Source: Patescibacteria group bacterium
GTDB taxonomy: Bacteria; Patescibacteriota; Gracilibacteria; UBA4473
Assembly (NCBI GenBank): GCA_965660445.1
Contig: CBFIAK010000002.1
Span: forward strand, 32,001-96,000
DNA: 64,000 nucleotides
Direction of reading: 5' to 3'
Shown piece after piece: positions 61,823-64,000 of the stretch; within the stretch, counting starts at the first letter, position 1, and each line of letters starts with the position of its first letter. The position numbers and the translations under genes are program-made. Under the pieces are notes generated by a model that worked only from the letters and a program-made list of their open reading frames with translations, was not told the DNA's origin and did no database searches.

Positions 61823-62497
61823 TTATGATTTGATTTGAAGTTTCTCCAGAACGAGATTGAGTATTTCTTGTGCAATGTCTTCTCGGCGTCGGATTTCTCC
61901 AAATTGATCAACGTTTATTTTTACCCATCGAAAATCTTTTTCGCATTGTTGAAGTGCGATTTGTCGTACTCGTGCAAGATAGTTTTCATTGGCTTCATGT
62001 AAATCAGCGAGCCTGTTCTTTGCCTGATGTATCTTTCTTCGGGCTTCCATGCTTGCATCAAGAAAAATAACAAGACTTTCACGAGGAAACCCGAAAATGT
62101 CATATTCTAGTTTTGATACATATTCTATAAGTCTTTGAGATTCGGATTTTTTTTCTGTTCGTGCTGCTGTGTAGATAAGATTTGCGGTAACACTTCGATC
62201 AAAAATAACAACATCGTTTTCGAGTCTTAATTTTTCAATATCATCTATTTGTGCAAGCCTGTCTGCTGCATAAAGAGCGGCAATCATTTCAGGGGCAATA
62301 CTTTCCATGTTTCCTAATTCTCCTCGCAGATATGCTTCGAGCCTTTTTCCTGCAGAAGTTACCTTGTATCCGGGGAATCTTTTCCACCCCGCTTTTATGG
62401 AGTGTTTTTTTAAGTTTTCTAAGAGAATTTCTGTTTGAGTCGATTTTCCACAAGCATCAAGTCCTTCAAGTACAATAATAGGGGATTTCATAAACAA
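61823..62497 (-). CDS. tmk: Thymidylate kinase
   Basis: IVLEGLDACGKSTQ, FP.Y, LYAADR, IFDR. Confidence 0.9.
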   Translation of the reverse strand: MFMKSPIIVLEGLDACGKSTQTEILLENLKKHSIKAGWKRFPGYKVTSAGKRLEAYLRGELGNMESIAPEMIAALYAADRLAQIDDIEKLRLENDVVIFDRSVTANLIYTAARTEKKSESQRLIEYVSKLEYDIFGFPRESLVIFLDASMEARRKIHQAKNRLADLHEANENYLARVRQIALQQCEKDFRWVKINVDQFGEIRRREDIAQEILNLVLEKLQIKS

Positions 62498-62691
62498 AAC
62501 ATTAAGATTTCAGTTCTTATTGTATACCCTTGTTTTCGATGTTCCAAAAAATAATAGTTATTGTTTTTAAAAATACTTGACTTGTGTTTTATTTTGTTTT
62601 ATTTATAAAATAGTTTCGTACAAAAATGAAATTAAATTTTTAATAACTAAAAAAATCAAAGTTTCATTTTTGCGCGGACAAAAGTGGTTCT

Positions 62692-63396
62692 TTGAAAAGG
62701 AGTTTTTCTATGATAAAACTAGGAGTTGAGTCAGTACCTGATTCAAGCGCTGTGGCGAGTAAGGCTTTAACAGACCTTGTTCGTTATGACACATTTATGA
62801 CTGTTCCAACAATTATGACACTTTTTTTTGTTGTTGCTGGAATGGTGTTGGTATTTGCATACCTATTTGTGTCGAATGACCATATTGTCAAACGTATTGC
62901 CCCTATTGGATTAATTGTCTTGATGTTCTTTGTGTACATCTTGCAAATTTTCCCACCACCTGGAGGAGAGGTTATTATTTACTTCCTCTCTGGGTATGCC
63001 ACACTTATTATTTTCCCAGTCTTTCTGTATTTAATCTATTTATACGCCCAACTTCAAAAAAAGAGAGGCGATAAAGAAGACGATACACTTGTTCTGCGGA
63101 ATATGGCAGTATTTGGGGTGTTGGCGGTTTCACTGTTTTGTTTCTTGTTTTTTTCTTTTGTCATTTTGTGGTCCCACACAGCAAGCGTATGGGGAAATCT
63201 CTTTGGAGGTTTTGTTATATCATTTGCGGTTATAGGATTTCTTTTTTTCTCGCTTTATGCGACAAAAAATGCGCATAAGGATAAAGAAAAATCATTTGAA
63301 ATTCTTTCTTTTACGGCAATTGTGTTTTGGGTTGTCTTCATGATTATCCCACTCATAATTACCACCATTATAAAAGGAGAATTCTTTAATTTCTAA
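62692..63396 (+). CDS. Hypothetical integral membrane protein
   Basis: About six TMs; start may be 62710. Confidence 0.6.
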   Translation: MKRSFSMIKLGVESVPDSSAVASKALTDLVRYDTFMTVPTIMTLFFVVAGMVLVFAYLFVSNDHIVKRIAPIGLIVLMFFVYILQIFPPPGGEVIIYFLSGYATLIIFPVFLYLIYLYAQLQKKRGDKEDDTLVLRNMAVFGVLAVSLFCFLFFSFVILWSHTASVWGNLFGGFVISFAVIGFLFFSLYATKNAHKDKEKSFEILSFTAIVFWVVFMIIPLIITTIIKGEFFNF

Positions 63397-63417
63397 AATT
63401 CCCAACCACTTTCTTAT

Positions 63418-63449
63418 AAACCTTTCTGTCCGTGCAGAAAGGTTTTTTT
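63418..63449 (+). terminator. Intrinsic terminator
   Basis: AAACCTTTCTG / CAGAAAGGTTT followed by a T-tract. Confidence 0.75.
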
Positions 63450-63491
63450 AAGATTTATTTTTATGGTATAATACTATCGAGTTCTATTCCT

Positions 63492-64000
63492 ATGAAATTC
63501 TTATTTTCGCATTTTGGTATTCCTTCTGCTCAATTTCTCTTTATTCGAGAAGGGTTTAAGGCAGGGGCTTCTGTGGATGTGCAAGCACAAGAATATGAAA
63601 ATTTGTTAGAAGAAACAAAACAAAGCTTAAACCAATCAAAAGAAACATTTCACCCTTTTCAAAACCAAAACTATGAATTCTTGTTTGATGGGGGAAATGC
63701 AGTTCTCGTTTCTACATTTTTAGCTCAGAAATTTGGAGAACCGACTCATTCATGGCGTAAGTCGGAACATCCAAAAACATTTTTTGTATTAGCTTTCTTA
63801 ACATCGCAAGGGGTAAATGTAAACAGCCCTCGATTTCTTCAAGGGAAAATGTTGTCTATTAAAAATGGAAATATAACATTTGGAGAAAAAGAAAAAATAA
63901 TGTCTTTGAATACTTCATCGGGAAAGGAAGTTGTATCATCTCCATCAAAAAATAATGATGATAATACCGATACTGATTCCGTGCATGTGGTATTAAACGA
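63492..64000 (+). CDS. Hypothetical protein, runs off the right edge
   Basis: ATG at 63492 (MKFLFSHFGIPSAQ...) appears open to the window end. Confidence 0.5.
   Translation, partial: MKFLFSHFGIPSAQFLFIREGFKAGASVDVQAQEYENLLEETKQSLNQSKETFHPFQNQNYEFLFDGGNAVLVSTFLAQKFGEPTHSWRKSEHPKTFFVLAFLTSQGVNVNSPRFLQGKMLSIKNGNITFGEKEKIMSLNTSSGKEVVSSPSKNNDDNTDTDSVHVVLN

Noticed and set aside
1397-62478. Many 60-165 aa ORFs nested in or antisense to long genes
   Set aside because: Shadow ORFs with no motifs, overlapping well-supported CDSs
1-64000. Alternative genetic code (UGA=Gly code 25, or TAG recoding)
   Set aside because: Conserved genes are complete under code 11; TGA (7860, 14094, 34267) and TAG end genes at plausible positions

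Overview
Chromosomal segment of an AT-rich bacterium with standard code 11. Gene content (lone VirB4-like ATPase, VirB2/TrbC-like and type IV pilins, PilB/GspE ATPase, sortase, ComF) suggests Patescibacteria/CPR. Most of the window is housekeeping: rnpB, metG, lepA, trmB, trhO, dnaB, pgi, mltG, mutY, murF, rpsP, tmk, five tRNAs and part of a V/A-type ATPase operon. The highlight is a ~10 kb type V CRISPR-Cas island between tRNA-Asp and tRNA-Arg. It holds a 12-repeat Cas12a-type array, cas2-cas1-cas4, a full-length cas12a broken by one in-frame TAG at codon 79, and an intact 1049-aa Cas12a2-related nuclease (Smithella Cms1 / 'Cas12a3'-like clade) lying in the opposite orientation between cas12a and cas4. 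Other oddities: an RNase P RNA with a ~220-nt helix expansion, an Fe-S-less MutY fused to a complete Nudix box, a predicted Na+-type V-ATPase operon lacking A/B/D, a dispersed heptamer/hairpin repeat element, and repeated 16-bp promoter spacers. Family assignments come from motif recognition by eye; no searches were run.
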